Assembly: GCA_937625935.1 (NCBI GenBank) | Contig: OW569347.1 | Span: 124,001 to 188,000 of the forward strand | Length of the DNA stretch: 64,000 bases | Reading direction: 5' to 3' | From: Tetramitus jugosus | Lineage: Eukaryota; Protista; Heterolobosea | In this document: piece after piece, positions 27,101 through 38,235 of the stretch | Position numbering within the stretch: the stretch's first letter is position 1 | Layout of the letters: every line of letters starts with the position of its first letter | Translations under genes and position numbers: made by a program | Notes under the pieces: generated by a model | Databases searched by the model: none | Seen by the model: the letters and a program-made list of their open reading frames with translations, nothing else | Told to the model about the DNA's origin: nothing

Positions 27101-29439
27101 TTTGCTTGTTCCAAGTTTTCTATCATAATTGAATCCGCCAGTGGTTCTTCCAACTCTTGAGCATCAGATGGTTCTTCTTCTTCGTCAAATCCTCTTCTCG
27201 ATAGTTTTTTCAGCTTTTCTAATGTATCACGATGTTCTCTGAGATGTTCCTCATGAGATGTTAGAACAAAATTATTTTGACTTTCCTGCAGACGCTCCAT
27301 CACATATGGTAAGACAGAAAAGCTTCTTACTTGGGAAAATTCTCGGAACAGACTTGCCGGGACATTCAAGTCCAATGACAAAAGGATGGAATCATCCACA
27401 TCATAAGAACAAGAACGCTGTTCATTTAAGTTGAGGAGATTCATATCCCGCAAAACTTGCACAAAAGTTTCTGAATCAAAATCCTCCCTGAAATTGACTG
27501 TTCTCAGGTCAAAGTAACTAGTTTCTTCTCTTCCCTTGTTCAGCATTTCTTCAAATTTTGTCAATAGCAGTTCCTTAGCTACAATCTCAGGTAATGGCTT
27601 ATTCACCATGGTCCTCGTTGCAAAATAATATTGTTCGGTCTGACGAACTCCCCGTGACTCAATCGAGTCCACCTTAGGGATGAGTGGGTCTGATTCCTCA
27701 TTGTTAACTAAACTTGCAGAAAATGCAGGAAACATTCGAGAATATCTGCTTTCGATATCTGATGCCTTCTCTTTTTGAATCATAAGTTGATCAATAAAAT
27801 GAGAAACTCGCTTATGAAAATATGGAATTATGGTGTTGTGTCCGATACAACTGACAGGGCCTAAATTTTCTCCTAATGGGTCATCGAATGAAACTGACTC
27901 ATTCACTCTCGAAAATATATTATCAAAAATAGCAGATATATTTTCGTTAAACTCAATTAACTTCTTATCATCTCGGTTAATCGTTGTTGGATTTTCAACA
28001 TTTCTAACTACTTGCTCAATTAAGCAATGTAACAATATTGGTACAGTCATACTTTCGTCAGGAATATCTTTTAGCAACTGTGTGTATAGTGTATCGAGAG
28101 TATTCATTCTATCACTTTTCTTTATGAACTTGGAGCATATATTGGATGATGCCTCCTTGTCCAACCATGTTTGAAGAGAAATGACATTGTGAGAGAAGAT
28201 GTTCACTATTCGATTGACCTCAGTTTCAAGATCACCTCCATCATTGAACTTTTGATTTTGATCATCATACTCATAATCATAAACTGTGTGCTCCATATAT
28301 AAAACATTGCGTATAATGGATGCAAGGTTATTCTGGCGGATATCATGTTGAACTTGTTGTACGAGCGAATATAATCGTGGTAGAGGTCTTGTAATCCCTA
28401 TTGTTGCTTCTTTCTTTTTCTCTGTTTTCTTTGCTGGTTGAGTCTTGGGAGCTTGTTTCTTCTTATCATCTGTTGGTTTTCTCTTCCTATTTCCTTCTTC
28501 AGAGAAGTAGTTAGCTGGAGGTCCTCGAATTCGATCCTTGTTGACTAACAGGAAAGCATCAAAATTTGTTTCCATCATTAAGCACTCAGTCTCTTCGGTA
28601 GTTCTAGGGTAATCTTTCAGTAGAAAGAAAACACCAGGACGTGATCCAATTATTTCCGTTCTAGTAGTTGTAGGTGTTGACGGTTTAGAACCGACTCGAT
28701 CACTGTTGCGACTGGCCCCTCTTGAGAGAGGCTTCTTTGACTTTTCCATCTTTTCTTTCTCTTTTTGTAGTCTGAGTTCTTCTGCTTTCTCTCGTTCGAT
28801 CTTCTCCTTCTTTTCCTTTTCGCGCTCATTCGACACTGTCAATATCATATGTTCGTAGTAATATTTGTACATTTTGCCCACGAGAAGTGCTTTGTTTCTA
28901 CTAGTTTCTCGTAATCTGATGTTCAATTTTTGCTCTTCTTGTTCCATTCTTTTCTCGCACTCGAACTGTGCCTGTTGAGGATCTTTCTTGTCCTTTCCAT
29001 TCAGAGTTTTTTGGATCTCCTTTATCGCTTGGTCATATGATTTTCGAGCTGCATCCTCCTGCTTCTGAGCTTCTTCATAAGCTGGATACTCCACCTTTGA
29101 ACTATCCTTACAGTATTTTAACACCTGTTCCAAAGTAATCACCCTGAACAAAGGGTACGAGGAAACCCTCAGAACAAACTTATCAATGAATGACTGAACA
29201 AACTCTCGATCCTTTTCTATACTCTCTAATTTGTTTTGTTGTGCCAACGCTTCTTCACTCTCAAGGTTTTCAAATTCTTGAATTTCAAAGTCAATCATGT
29301 CAGCCAAGTACTTAGAATCAACCGAGAAGGCAAAGTATCGATCATCTTTCATAGTCTTTGACTCCACTATTTGTTTTCTCTCATCATCACTCTGAGACAA
29401 ATGATACTCGATCAATAGGGAGCTGAAATCTTTCATCAT
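24106..29439 (-). CDS. SPAG17: SPAG17/PF6-like flagellar central-pair protein
   Basis: 1777 aa; VPILLHCLIEQV, DPEFQAVIFSREDLV..IQYPDSTIVTQFPDGTKI, PPRLFV and a C-terminal PapD/ASH-like domain (PASITFG...GPLAPGISVKIEFEI). Confidence 0.75.
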   Translation of the reverse strand: MMKDFSSLLIEYHLSQSDDERKQIVESKTMKDDRYFAFSVDSKYLADMIDFEIQEFENLESEEALAQQNKLESIEKDREFVQSFIDKFVLRVSSYPLFRVITLEQVLKYCKDSSKVEYPAYEEAQKQEDAARKSYDQAIKEIQKTLNGKDKKDPQQAQFECEKRMEQEEQKLNIRLRETSRNKALLVGKMYKYYYEHMILTVSNEREKEKKEKIEREKAEELRLQKEKEKMEKSKKPLSRGASRNSDRVGSKPSTPTTTRTEIIGSRPGVFFLLKDYPRTTEETECLMMETNFDAFLLVNKDRIRGPPANYFSEEGNRKRKPTDDKKKQAPKTQPAKKTEKKKEATIGITRPLPRLYSLVQQVQHDIRQNNLASIIRNVLYMEHTVYDYEYDDQNQKFNDGGDLETEVNRIVNIFSHNVISLQTWLDKEASSNICSKFIKKSDRMNTLDTLYTQLLKDIPDESMTVPILLHCLIEQVVRNVENPTTINRDDKKLIEFNENISAIFDNIFSRVNESVSFDDPLGENLGPVSCIGHNTIIPYFHKRVSHFIDQLMIQKEKASDIESRYSRMFPAFSASLVNNEESDPLIPKVDSIESRGVRQTEQYYFATRTMVNKPLPEIVAKELLLTKFEEMLNKGREETSYFDLRTVNFREDFDSETFVQVLRDMNLLNLNEQRSCSYDVDDSILLSLDLNVPASLFREFSQVRSFSVLPYVMERLQESQNNFVLTSHEEHLREHRDTLEKLKKLSRRGFDEEEEPSDAQELEEPLADSIMIENLEQAKNPGVRKRLCTAPNPSENYIFEGKGSNLIHDCIDFYPLDGSIVHLSSCYTTSQNIVCSVEKDGSIFSLKTSAGLSKPLFTTNFSDDSTLFISKSGIEETELSLGTIDGLFTKVSSNGDVFQVYPKRLTENKANFGSGFHGRFLNKTKDMNVKLHFEELPLLIFDDTTGETVSKLCREISRLVTISGEVQVFYDDDIIQVLLPNGETQVRNSAGTWIKTNSLGQRIAETVTGIIQLTPIHASKNVDPEFQAVIFSREDLVMKIQYPDSTIVTQFPDGTKIWSYYEKRNEKRDDTRPVNNTILVEQINYATVRIDQLDNEKIIHSELPDGTLISHKPESSKNMRIVREGHQIIIEEANSSIMIEPRSLLQADKRKAKLNPKYYYGTYGFNYSLGRTKIVDLFGNEFMFSDDGRSMIRYYNEKERKRTLFKDIFFDELNLVREETYGLAPVLRDGESLVHQQDIRFCFPPRLFVLNIAENSGSEYFYEQAVRPFMRASEEDPHTSVEVDYYDEDKSMATQTYLTKYKSSSLSRVLSGEVLKYKLPKCVRQMNRKQNAEVNILRVRKLIQYPILLERDHQIIRSGLQNWTKWVQNRTRREQELQYETSLERTEEEIEIEKNIQTRLNELSQQLANDESDESSTCSTDDASVIIHQQANAQDENQARLTSLERTEPHFLGEENSTCPPSIVPPSDIPPRPLYWNLPRGRRALERIITTIPIETTRSHTNFATISESPVSDIVHQSETQLSSTTDTILIQEELSEENFPVHHLSQVEADDQQQEESNSLSSTKLLESGKQRKTVLKKLFEPSAKAVPNFNQFQNNTRSLRTVSITQSKIALKNKLKTGTLPQETSTDTALLKIYPASITFGNLMVGEVYRCSAMLTNSGHLPGRFFIKHFNKSSWTSSYIRRAQSDNSACEIPTENILKVFCKSGPLAPGISVKIEFEIHAFRPQKMNQTVEVHTETHIIYLPVQANVVSQDEFNRQKYTLHSRVKIVQLSPVE

Positions 29440-29524
29440 CGACAGTTTTTTCGTAATGAATACCGGTCGTCGATCGAAAACTCAAAAATGGCGGCAAAAG
29501 GTCATTGTAAGTGAGCAGATGCGT

Positions 29525-32136
29525 TCATAGCCTGTTTACTAAGGGAAAGAAGGTTGGAAGAGTAAAGGGACTAAAAGAATTTTGAACCAAATGCTGATCA
29601 TTGTGCGCATCATTCGAGGATCTTAACTCATATCCAATGGGAGGAATGCTATAGTTTCCGTAATCGTTTGATCGTGGAGTCATATACGAATCATTCAACA
29701 TAGAATCAATATCCTCAAAGAACAAACTATCATTCAGCCTGACGTCAGTAAAAGCCTTAAATTGTTCGGTAAAACTTGGCTCTTCCTTGATCGGGGACTT
29801 TGTGTCGAAATTAATCTGCTTGGTCACCTCGTTTGATGCACGATTCTTCTTCTTTTTCTTTTGTGAGGTGTTGGTTCCAGAGGTACTACTGTTGGTGCTC
29901 ACAGCACTTATTGTACTTGCCGTTGACAGAGTTGGAGAAACGCTTCGTGATGGAGGCTCCAAGCTCTGCAATACAGACTCATCTCGAGGAGAGCATTCAT
30001 CCTGTGGTGAATACTTTGACTGCTTCTGTACCTTTGCTTTCGCTTGCACGACATTCCATTCATCCTCCACCATCTCTTCACTCATAATGACCGATGACGC
30101 TTCTTTTAAGATATCGAGTGGAGGAATAGCTTCCCTTTCTTGTTTTGTTGGAGTGATCTTTGATGTAGTTTTAGCAGCAGCACTAGCGGGTACTTTCTTT
30201 TGTTTTGACTTCTTTTGTTTGCTTTGTTTCTTAGTGTTCTTGCTCTGCTTATTGCTTTTCATTTTCTCATCAATCTCGCACTCTTCCAACAACTCTCTCT
30301 GTGCTTGCAATGCAACTATATCTCGGAATGCAACATTGACATTGTGCGCAAATATTCTCGCCAAGTAGATTTGAAAGAGTAAACGACTTTCCTGTGTATT
30401 GCTGCGTACTATTCCATTAATATTAATCGAATCATCCTTGGGCAATACTTCATCACATTCTTCGCCTGATATGTAACCATCGCTCGTTGATTCATCGGAA
30501 TCAGCATCAGAATCCGAGGTATATTCATCATCGTCTTCATCATCTCCTTCGTCTTCATCATCTTCATCATCATCATCGCCGTCCTCGCTGCCACTGAGCT
30601 CTTCGTCAGAAGATTCATCACTACTGTGTCTAAACAAACAACAACAATAACAAAGAACGTTTGAGTGAGTACACAGATCGGACTAATCAACAAAATCATA
30701 CACAACAACCAACACTGCTAATTCATACATTTCGTTCATCAAGGCATTTTTCTTCGCCTTTAGCATAATATTCTTAATATTTAATTCGCTATTCATTGTG
30801 CAATAGTTGATGAGCATATGAATGTTTTCAGGCGGCGGAGACTGATGAGGCTGAAGCTTTAAATCATCTGGAAATATCTCTGAACACTTCTTCATGATAT
30901 CATAAAAATGCGCGCCTCCATCCTTGAGATATGCCTCACTCACCGTCAACTTATCGTTTTTAATAATCAAACAATCGCCAAATGGAAGTTGATTGACTCC
31001 AGGCATTCTCGATGATAGAGATGTAGAGATACTTCCTAACGAAATGCTTTGTATCTGTGGACTGGGTCTCACTGGCATCGCCTTTCCGCATGATTTGCAC
31101 TCCAATTCCTCAATATAGTCCTCAAACACTGTAACCACATGAATTAACAAAGAAAATGTGAGGTTAATCAACCTGATAAAAACAACAATAGAAGCAGATT
31201 CTACTTACCCTTCACAACCACATTGAATATCGCCTTTCGCTTCTTGCATGCAGGACACAAACAAGTCTCCTTTCCGCCAAACAATGGTTTTCTACCTGAT
31301 ATACTCTTGGGTAGCATCATTTTGTTGGGCTGAGTATTGTTGTTCACATTCGGAATATTCGTATTGACACTCCCGCTGCTGCCGCTATTATTCATATTGG
31401 TCGTAGTCGCATTGTTATTTGCGACACTATTCGTATTATTTGATAGAACAGAACCATGGTGATGACTAGGGCTATTCATCGATTGTTGTTGCTGTAGTTG
31501 CGATAGTGCTGTTGATGGTTGCGATAACGATGATGATATGACAACAGAAGTCGAATTGTTAGAGTGTTGATGATGATGATGATGAGAAGATACATTGGCT
31601 GGTGTTGCTAACACTGGAGCACTAATGGTTGGTTGTGTCGACGATGCCGCCATTCGTTGCTGATTCGCGTGCATGCTGCTCGATGCCAAAGCATCAACAG
31701 TGCTTGAACTCGTTGTTGAACTGTTGTCATTGTTACTGGCATTGACTGAATTGGCAGTTGATACAGATGATGAAACAGTGGTCGTAGTAGGCCTGGTCGA
31801 CATTGTCGATGATGATGATGATGATAGAGAAGATGATAGTGTGGTTGATTTCTTGAGACTAAAGTTTGGATTATACAAATTGGAAGAACGAATCTGTTTC
31901 AAAACAAAACCCTTGTCTACTTGAAGCAACGACAACTTTTGTTTCATGCTTGTGCCATGAAACCAGAAATCTTGCACAGAATGAAATGTTCTATTGCGCT
32001 TGTTGCTCCCTATGCTTGAATCTGATGAGGAAGAATATTTTTCGCATAGTGCACAAACATTGGGTGATGATTGATTGCACTGATCAGATGAAGAGGAAGA
32101 TTTTCTCTTTTTGTTGTTTGATTTGCTTTTGCCCAT
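29525..32136 (-). CDS. NST1: NST1-like stress response protein (3 exons; introns 31129-31208 and 30630-30728)
   Basis: Spliced model restores fungal NST1 blocks: DFWF...LLQVDKGFVLKQI, CLCPACKKRKAI..V-VFEDYIEELE, LTVSEAYLKDGGAHFYDIM and ESRLLFQIYLARIFAHNV..AFRD.VA..AQRELLEE. Confidence 0.8.
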
Positions 32137-32486
32137 TGTTGTTGAAGAAATGCTCTCAAAGCTTGTTATTTTATGATTGGTAAAGTCTCAGGGTTGATTT
32201 TCAATTTGGAGAATGGTCGACGCACAAAGTATTTTTTTGCGGTCGCAACATAAAATTGGCGCCAACAGTACATTTGAGCGCTTGAATTGATTCTCCGAAA
32301 GACCGACACTGATCGAAAAAACACGAAAACCACAATTCGTGTTTCATTGCTGCAAAGATAAGACCACAAAGAAGAGAGAGATAGTGCCTCTGTGTGCGTA
32401 TGACTCGAAAGAAAAGAACAAGTAAAACACACAACTCTAACAATGTGAATTGCCTGTGCATCACCCTCTCTCTGTTCTTTGCTCGA

Positions 32487-33578
32487 ATGAACTCACAATC
32501 TCAGAGGAAGGATCACCATCAACATTCTCAATCACAACAAGACAATAGCACTAGTACTTCAAAATTATCCAATGTTGATGATGATGAAAAACATGGAAAA
32601 GATGAAAGCTTTTTCTATTCAAGAATCATGTCCATCATTTCGGCGGCCAAGCAACTTCACAAATCACATTGGAATCGATACTCTTGTGAATTTGAATCCT
32701 CTACGACTCATGATAGTAATAATATTAGTAGTAGTAGTAGTAGTAGTAGTAACAATAGCAGTATTCACCGATCTCGTATCATCATTCATATTGAAGTATC
32801 ATCCAAGGGTGATCCGTTTGGAAAAACTGTGTTGAATCATATTTGCGATGATTGCGTGTATGACAAGATGGACTACTCTTGGATGTTTTTTGACTTTCTC
32901 CATTGTAGTTGCTATCCACACAATGATCACAGTAATAGTAATACGAATGCGACGCACACTGCAGAATTCAATCAAAGAACATATTCCGATGATAATACCT
33001 ATAGTAATACTAGTTCAACAAAGAATCATACTCCTTTGCCATCGGATGGTGATCACATGAACACTGACAGTGAAGAAGTATTGTGTGAAACGTTGACTCA
33101 TGCATGTCAAACACAACAACAAGTCATCAATTATTCCTATCCGATGACTGCCACTACTACTCTTCATGATACTCAAACATCAGGTAGTTTGAGTGGAGGT
33201 GGAATGTACTCCACATCTACAATGGTGGTTGAAAATTCAAATAGAAAGAGAATGAGAGCATTGTCATATGATCAACATTCGGACGAGCAAGAGAATGAAG
33301 ATCACGACAATGACGAGTACAGTCAGAATAGTAATCATAGTTACTTCAGTCCAAGCAAGAAAGCTAAACTATCGACAGTCGCTGCCACAACAGCAACCAT
33401 CGACTCGGAAACTAGCGATCATCGTTTCCATTCAACACTGATCGGTGGTGGAGTTCATTCACCACTTTCAGACACTCAACGAACAATGAAGCGCATTGAA
33501 TCTGAATTTGACTCCATGTGTAATTTGCCCAGTAGTTCAACCTCTTCAGAGTATGACGATAGCAGCTGTAGTAGCTAG
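32487..33578 (+). CDS. Hypothetical low-complexity protein
   Basis: Long ORF, Ser/His/Asn-rich, with a small Cys-containing core and basic NLS-like motifs; start approximate. Confidence 0.55.
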   Translation: MNSQSQRKDHHQHSQSQQDNSTSTSKLSNVDDDEKHGKDESFFYSRIMSIISAAKQLHKSHWNRYSCEFESSTTHDSNNISSSSSSSSNNSSIHRSRIIIHIEVSSKGDPFGKTVLNHICDDCVYDKMDYSWMFFDFLHCSCYPHNDHSNSNTNATHTAEFNQRTYSDDNTYSNTSSTKNHTPLPSDGDHMNTDSEEVLCETLTHACQTQQQVINYSYPMTATTTLHDTQTSGSLSGGGMYSTSTMVVENSNRKRMRALSYDQHSDEQENEDHDNDEYSQNSNHSYFSPSKKAKLSTVAATTATIDSETSDHRFHSTLIGGGVHSPLSDTQRTMKRIESEFDSMCNLPSSSTSSEYDDSSCSS

Positions 33579-33746
33579 ACCTACTTGCCTTGCCAGGATG
33601 CATTAGGAAGCACACCCGAAAGAACCAAAGAATTTCTTTGGAACGCGCAGACTGGAAGGTCCCTCTCAGTCAATCTCAACCACATCATCAAGACCCCGCG
33701 AAAAGCAAGGACCCATCAACCGCACACACCAAAAAAACAAAAAATC

Positions 33747-34355
33747 ATGAAAGTTACTGCTTTGGCACTTTTGATTGTGGTCTTTGCTGCCACTCTGCTC
33801 CTCTGCAATGCTGCTTCCTCTGTTGAGCTCATCCAAAGATCTCTCTCAAAGAAACAACAACAACAACAACAACAACCAAACAAATTCTCCTCTCCAACCA
33901 GAGCTGATTACATTGCCTTCATTGAGGGATTTGCCCTTGGTGTTGAGAGTGACTTTGGTAATGTAACCGAGTGTGTTCAAGATGGAAAGGAAGCTTTCAC
34001 TTACTTGTCGAGAGCTGTTCAAGAATTGAAGGACGGTATCCACAGAAAGAGCGTCTCTGCCATCACTGCTGGTATTATTGACCTTGGTTTCGGTATCAAG
34101 GAACTGGGTGAGGACATTAAGGCATGTGACATCAAGGAAATTATTGATGATATCATGAACATTGCTCACCAATTGTCTTCTGGACCAAGTGGCATTGTTG
34201 AAGTGATTGTCAAGGAAGTTGTCAACATTTTCCATCACGGAAAGGACATTACCAATGACTTTAAGAACTTGATTAGCTTCTGGGAACAACAAAAGTACGA
34301 ATTGGCAGGTGTTCAACTCGGAAAGATTGTTGGTATCTTGATCAAGGAACAATAA
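33747..34355 (+). CDS. Secreted alpha-helical protein of unknown function
   Basis: Signal peptide MKVTALALLIVVFAATLLLCNA; amphipathic helices and two Cys; codon usage of a highly expressed gene. Confidence 0.75.
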   Translation: MKVTALALLIVVFAATLLLCNAASSVELIQRSLSKKQQQQQQQPNKFSSPTRADYIAFIEGFALGVESDFGNVTECVQDGKEAFTYLSRAVQELKDGIHRKSVSAITAGIIDLGFGIKELGEDIKACDIKEIIDDIMNIAHQLSSGPSGIVEVIVKEVVNIFHHGKDITNDFKNLISFWEQQKYELAGVQLGKIVGILIKEQ

Positions 34356-34524
34356 GTCAATCCAACACGATTTGTGTCCATCTGGAATAAACGATTTCGA
34401 AACAAATGATGACCCGCTCCTCCGCAATTCTGAATTCGCATGCATTTGTTGCGCAAATCCAAGCTCAACATTGTTACACACGAAACAAACAACAACAAGC
34501 AACAACTCAAAAAACCAATCGAAC

Positions 34525-36423
34525 ATGGAGATGACATCAACACAACAACCATCATCATCGTCACTCACCAATCATGGTGTGGTAATCATAGGAGGTGGCT
34601 ATGCCGGATTGAGCTGTGCACAGCGTGTCAGAGAACTTGATCCCAATGTCCATATTACTGTTTTGAATCGGGAGCCATTCTGCAGCAGACCAAACCTCTT
34701 CTTTCGATTCAAATTTCCACAGTGGCACGAGAGACACTTTGATTACAACTGTGGTATCATTACTGATGATTTAGAATCTGAAAAGTCGTTTCCAAAGAAG
34801 CACAATATTCATTTTTTGAATGATTGTACGGTATTGAAGGTTCACTTGGATCAAAATATGTTGACTGTGCAAAACAAGGTGACACAAGAGACGAGTCAAG
34901 TGCTGTATGATCGATTGTGCTTGGCAACGGGAGGACAACCGAATTTGGTGCCTTTTACGATTGAACACAATGGAGCAGATGGAAATTTGTTGTTACCAGA
35001 GAGTGCACAGTCAGTTTCATTTGTGAACGATGCGATCCAATATGATAAATATGTGCAAAATGTGGAGAATATGTTTGCAGTGAGAAATGTGGAAGAGATT
35101 CGATTGTTGTATAGGGCAATCAGACATTTGCATGATGCTCCAGACACTGGCGTGTCAAAGAATATTGTTATTGTGGGAAGTGGTGCTCTCTCAATTGATA
35201 TTGTGACACATATCTTGGAAGGATATGAAAATATTTTCAAGTACAAGACGAGTGATAAGACAAAGATTGAAAATTCTGCCTCTAAAATCGAAAAGGAAGT
35301 GATTTGGAACATGGATGAGATTGATATGGACCAATTGCCAAAGTTGACCATCCTTGCGCGAAAGCCAACCATGGCTCGTCCATTGTTGCAGGATGAAGTT
35401 GCCTCCAAGATGATCACAGCCATGGTATTAAAGAAGGATGATTCTACAGACAAGTTCCAAGTGTCCAAGTACCTCGACTTTGTGAGTGAGGATGCCGTAG
35501 AGTCGATTATTGTTTCTCAACAGACCAACGATGACGGCAAGTCTGCATGTATCGGTGTACGTGCCAAATCTGGCCAAATTATTCCATGCTCTGTTGTCAT
35601 TCAAGCAGTTGGTGTCAACAGTAACACTGAACTTGCATCAGATTGTGGACTCCAGATTGGTTCAAAAGGAGGTATCATTGTGAATGAGAACTTCCAGTGT
35701 TTATCCTCTGATAACGCCACAGTGATTAACAATGTGTTCGCCGCTGGTGATTGCGTTGAGTTAAGTACCAAGTACGTCGGTGGTGGTTTGAGTGACGAAC
35801 AGTCTGTTGTTTGGAAGAATTGGACCAGTGCTAGAGAGCAAGCTGTCGAGTGTGCCAATTCCATGCTGGATTCCACTCATTTGAAATCGAGCCTGTGGTT
35901 CAATCAAACACTGCGCATGTTTGGTCTTTATGTGGCATGTTTAGGCATGTACCATCACGAATCAACTGATGAATCTCAATCTATACATGTCTTCAAGAGT
36001 GTGAATGCCGATGTGAATCGGTTCTTCAAGCTTGTCTGCCATCGAAACAGCACTGGTCAAATGAAGCTTATTGGTTCACTGGTGATTGGACCTGACATGT
36101 CTGACTTCAGATTAGGATCACTTGTACTGGATACTTTGCGTAGTGAAGTGCTCTTTAGTCAGGACTTTGCAGGTCATACAATCAACTTCACTCCAGCTCA
36201 ATGGACTGCACTCGTCAAAGTTGTCAAGTCTAACCACAAGGAAAAGATTGAATGTCTGAGCCAGGAACAAGAGAAGCAAATCTTGGAAGCAGCATCCGAA
36301 GCACCCAAGAAGAGAGTGAATCCTCTATTGGCAAAGAAGGCTGTTCGCAAGAACCCTCTCGAAGCCAAGAAGCTCAAATCGACATCCACAGCTGCCACTG
36401 AGAAAATTGAACATCCCCGATAG
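34525..36423 (+). CDS. FAD-dependent pyridine nucleotide-disulfide oxidoreductase (PYROXD1/NirB/AIF-like)
   Basis: IIGGGYAG, LCLATGG, IVGSGALS and VFAAGDC. Confidence 0.88.
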   Translation: MEMTSTQQPSSSSLTNHGVVIIGGGYAGLSCAQRVRELDPNVHITVLNREPFCSRPNLFFRFKFPQWHERHFDYNCGIITDDLESEKSFPKKHNIHFLNDCTVLKVHLDQNMLTVQNKVTQETSQVLYDRLCLATGGQPNLVPFTIEHNGADGNLLLPESAQSVSFVNDAIQYDKYVQNVENMFAVRNVEEIRLLYRAIRHLHDAPDTGVSKNIVIVGSGALSIDIVTHILEGYENIFKYKTSDKTKIENSASKIEKEVIWNMDEIDMDQLPKLTILARKPTMARPLLQDEVASKMITAMVLKKDDSTDKFQVSKYLDFVSEDAVESIIVSQQTNDDGKSACIGVRAKSGQIIPCSVVIQAVGVNSNTELASDCGLQIGSKGGIIVNENFQCLSSDNATVINNVFAAGDCVELSTKYVGGGLSDEQSVVWKNWTSAREQAVECANSMLDSTHLKSSLWFNQTLRMFGLYVACLGMYHHESTDESQSIHVFKSVNADVNRFFKLVCHRNSTGQMKLIGSLVIGPDMSDFRLGSLVLDTLRSEVLFSQDFAGHTINFTPAQWTALVKVVKSNHKEKIECLSQEQEKQILEAASEAPKKRVNPLLAKKAVRKNPLEAKKLKSTSTAATEKIEHPR

Positions 36424-36619
36424 TTCTTCCTGCAGAAATTTTACAACGCGTGTTCAAAAAAGAATTCAAAAGCAGCCTCCAAAAAAAAGCAAACCACACA
36501 AAAAAACCAACAAAGAAAAAAAAGCCATAAACAACTCCCAACCCATTTAACTATTCCAACCACCACTTCCATAACCCATCAACATCAATCCCAAAGAGCA
36601 ACCTCCACAAACAACAACA

Positions 36620-38062
36620 ATGATCGCTCAAATTGAATTTGGAAAGTCTGTCCTGTTTCGCAAGAGAGAACTCTATCCGAACCACAATTACATTTTTTTC
36701 AAGAGAGATGCCGATACACGTACCAGAAAACGTGATCACCTCCCAACAACTGACTCCTCTTCTCTGTTGACAGTTGACATTTGTGCTCCAAGGTTCATTG
36801 GTCATCATGTAACAACATTAGAGTCTCAGTTATCACTCTTGCTCATTTGTCATCAATATGACATTAATGACCAATCATTGGGTCGAATGGCATCCACTCA
36901 AATCTTTAAAGCATCAGATCACATGTATCTCAACGGAGAGATGAACCGTATGACTAGGAATGTACCGTTCAATGTTCAGTTGGCACGTGGAAAAATCAAG
37001 CTGAGAGAATTTGTGTTTGTGCTGTTGGATCATGACAAAAAACAAGTGTACAGAGTACAGTGGAAGGAAATGGAGGAACAAGAGTTTACTGACTCATTCT
37101 TTAAGATTCTGTCAAGAAACACAAAGGACAGTGGCGTTCAGAAGCAAATCCAGAACGGTATCACTCTGATGAATGATGACTTGTGGCAGAGAATTGAGAG
37201 AGTGGCACTAGAGTCCATTCATTGCACCCCAACAGCAACTGAACACCACTCAAAGAGAAAGAGATTGGAATATGATCAAATAACATGTGGTATGGAGAAT
37301 GAAGAGACTGAACTTTTATCCAATAGTGCTAAACGCATGCGTTATAGTGCAGTGATGGAAGTTGCAACATCACCTCAACAGTCTTTTTTGATGACCCCTG
37401 CTAAGCAGCAGCAACAGCAGCCCCTGTTCTATGGTCATCAATTGATGACTTCGTCATCACCTTCACCTCCTCCACCACCACAACCATATTGCATCAATGA
37501 GACTGCACTGTTGCAAATGTATCAAATCATGATTATGCAACAACAACAGCAATCAATGCACATGCCACCACAGGAGACAACCATGCCTTATTATCAGACG
37601 GATCCACTTGACCTCGGTAATCATTCCATTATTGCCACTACAAATATGGATCCAGCTTACCCACAGGATGTCAAGAGCAAGATGGATCCATTGGAGTTCT
37701 CCTGGAATGTCATTGATGATATTTACAGTAATTTGCCATTCTTGAACGATTCTGAACACGTCAAGATGAATACTACACCATCTCCGACAAACAATGAAAT
37801 TGTGAATCACAGCTCTGTACTTGACTGTGATCACAATGCCGCAGCAGCATACTGCTATGCTCGTCCAAGTTCCGCCGAAAATACTATGAAGGATTCCCTG
37901 TCCCATGGTTTCGCATGTAATCATGCAAACTTCATGGATGGCACAGTCCGTGTCTCAGCAATGAGACCAAGTATTGGAAGTGAAGTCAATCAAATGACCC
38001 CTATTGAACTGACAGAGGATGTGAATGATTTGAATTGGATTCCATCCTTGTTGTTCGATTGA
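36620..38062 (+). CDS. Hypothetical protein, putative transcription factor
   Basis: Beta-rich N-terminal domain, KRKR and KRMR motifs, Q/P-rich C-terminus; function inferred only. Confidence 0.55.
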   Translation: MIAQIEFGKSVLFRKRELYPNHNYIFFKRDADTRTRKRDHLPTTDSSSLLTVDICAPRFIGHHVTTLESQLSLLLICHQYDINDQSLGRMASTQIFKASDHMYLNGEMNRMTRNVPFNVQLARGKIKLREFVFVLLDHDKKQVYRVQWKEMEEQEFTDSFFKILSRNTKDSGVQKQIQNGITLMNDDLWQRIERVALESIHCTPTATEHHSKRKRLEYDQITCGMENEETELLSNSAKRMRYSAVMEVATSPQQSFLMTPAKQQQQQPLFYGHQLMTSSSPSPPPPPQPYCINETALLQMYQIMIMQQQQQSMHMPPQETTMPYYQTDPLDLGNHSIIATTNMDPAYPQDVKSKMDPLEFSWNVIDDIYSNLPFLNDSEHVKMNTTPSPTNNEIVNHSSVLDCDHNAAAAYCYARPSSAENTMKDSLSHGFACNHANFMDGTVRVSAMRPSIGSEVNQMTPIELTEDVNDLNWIPSLLFD

Positions 38063-38235
38063 ATGATTGCGAACTTGACACGATATGGCACTATGCCGTT
38101 TTAACCTTTGTACAAGTAAACAAACAATCACAATATACGTCTTGCCTTTTCTATGATCACTCTTACCTCTCTCTTAACAATAGTTTAGTTTGCCAAGTTC
38201 AACCAAACAAAACGAAAAAAAACAGATCAGAGAAA

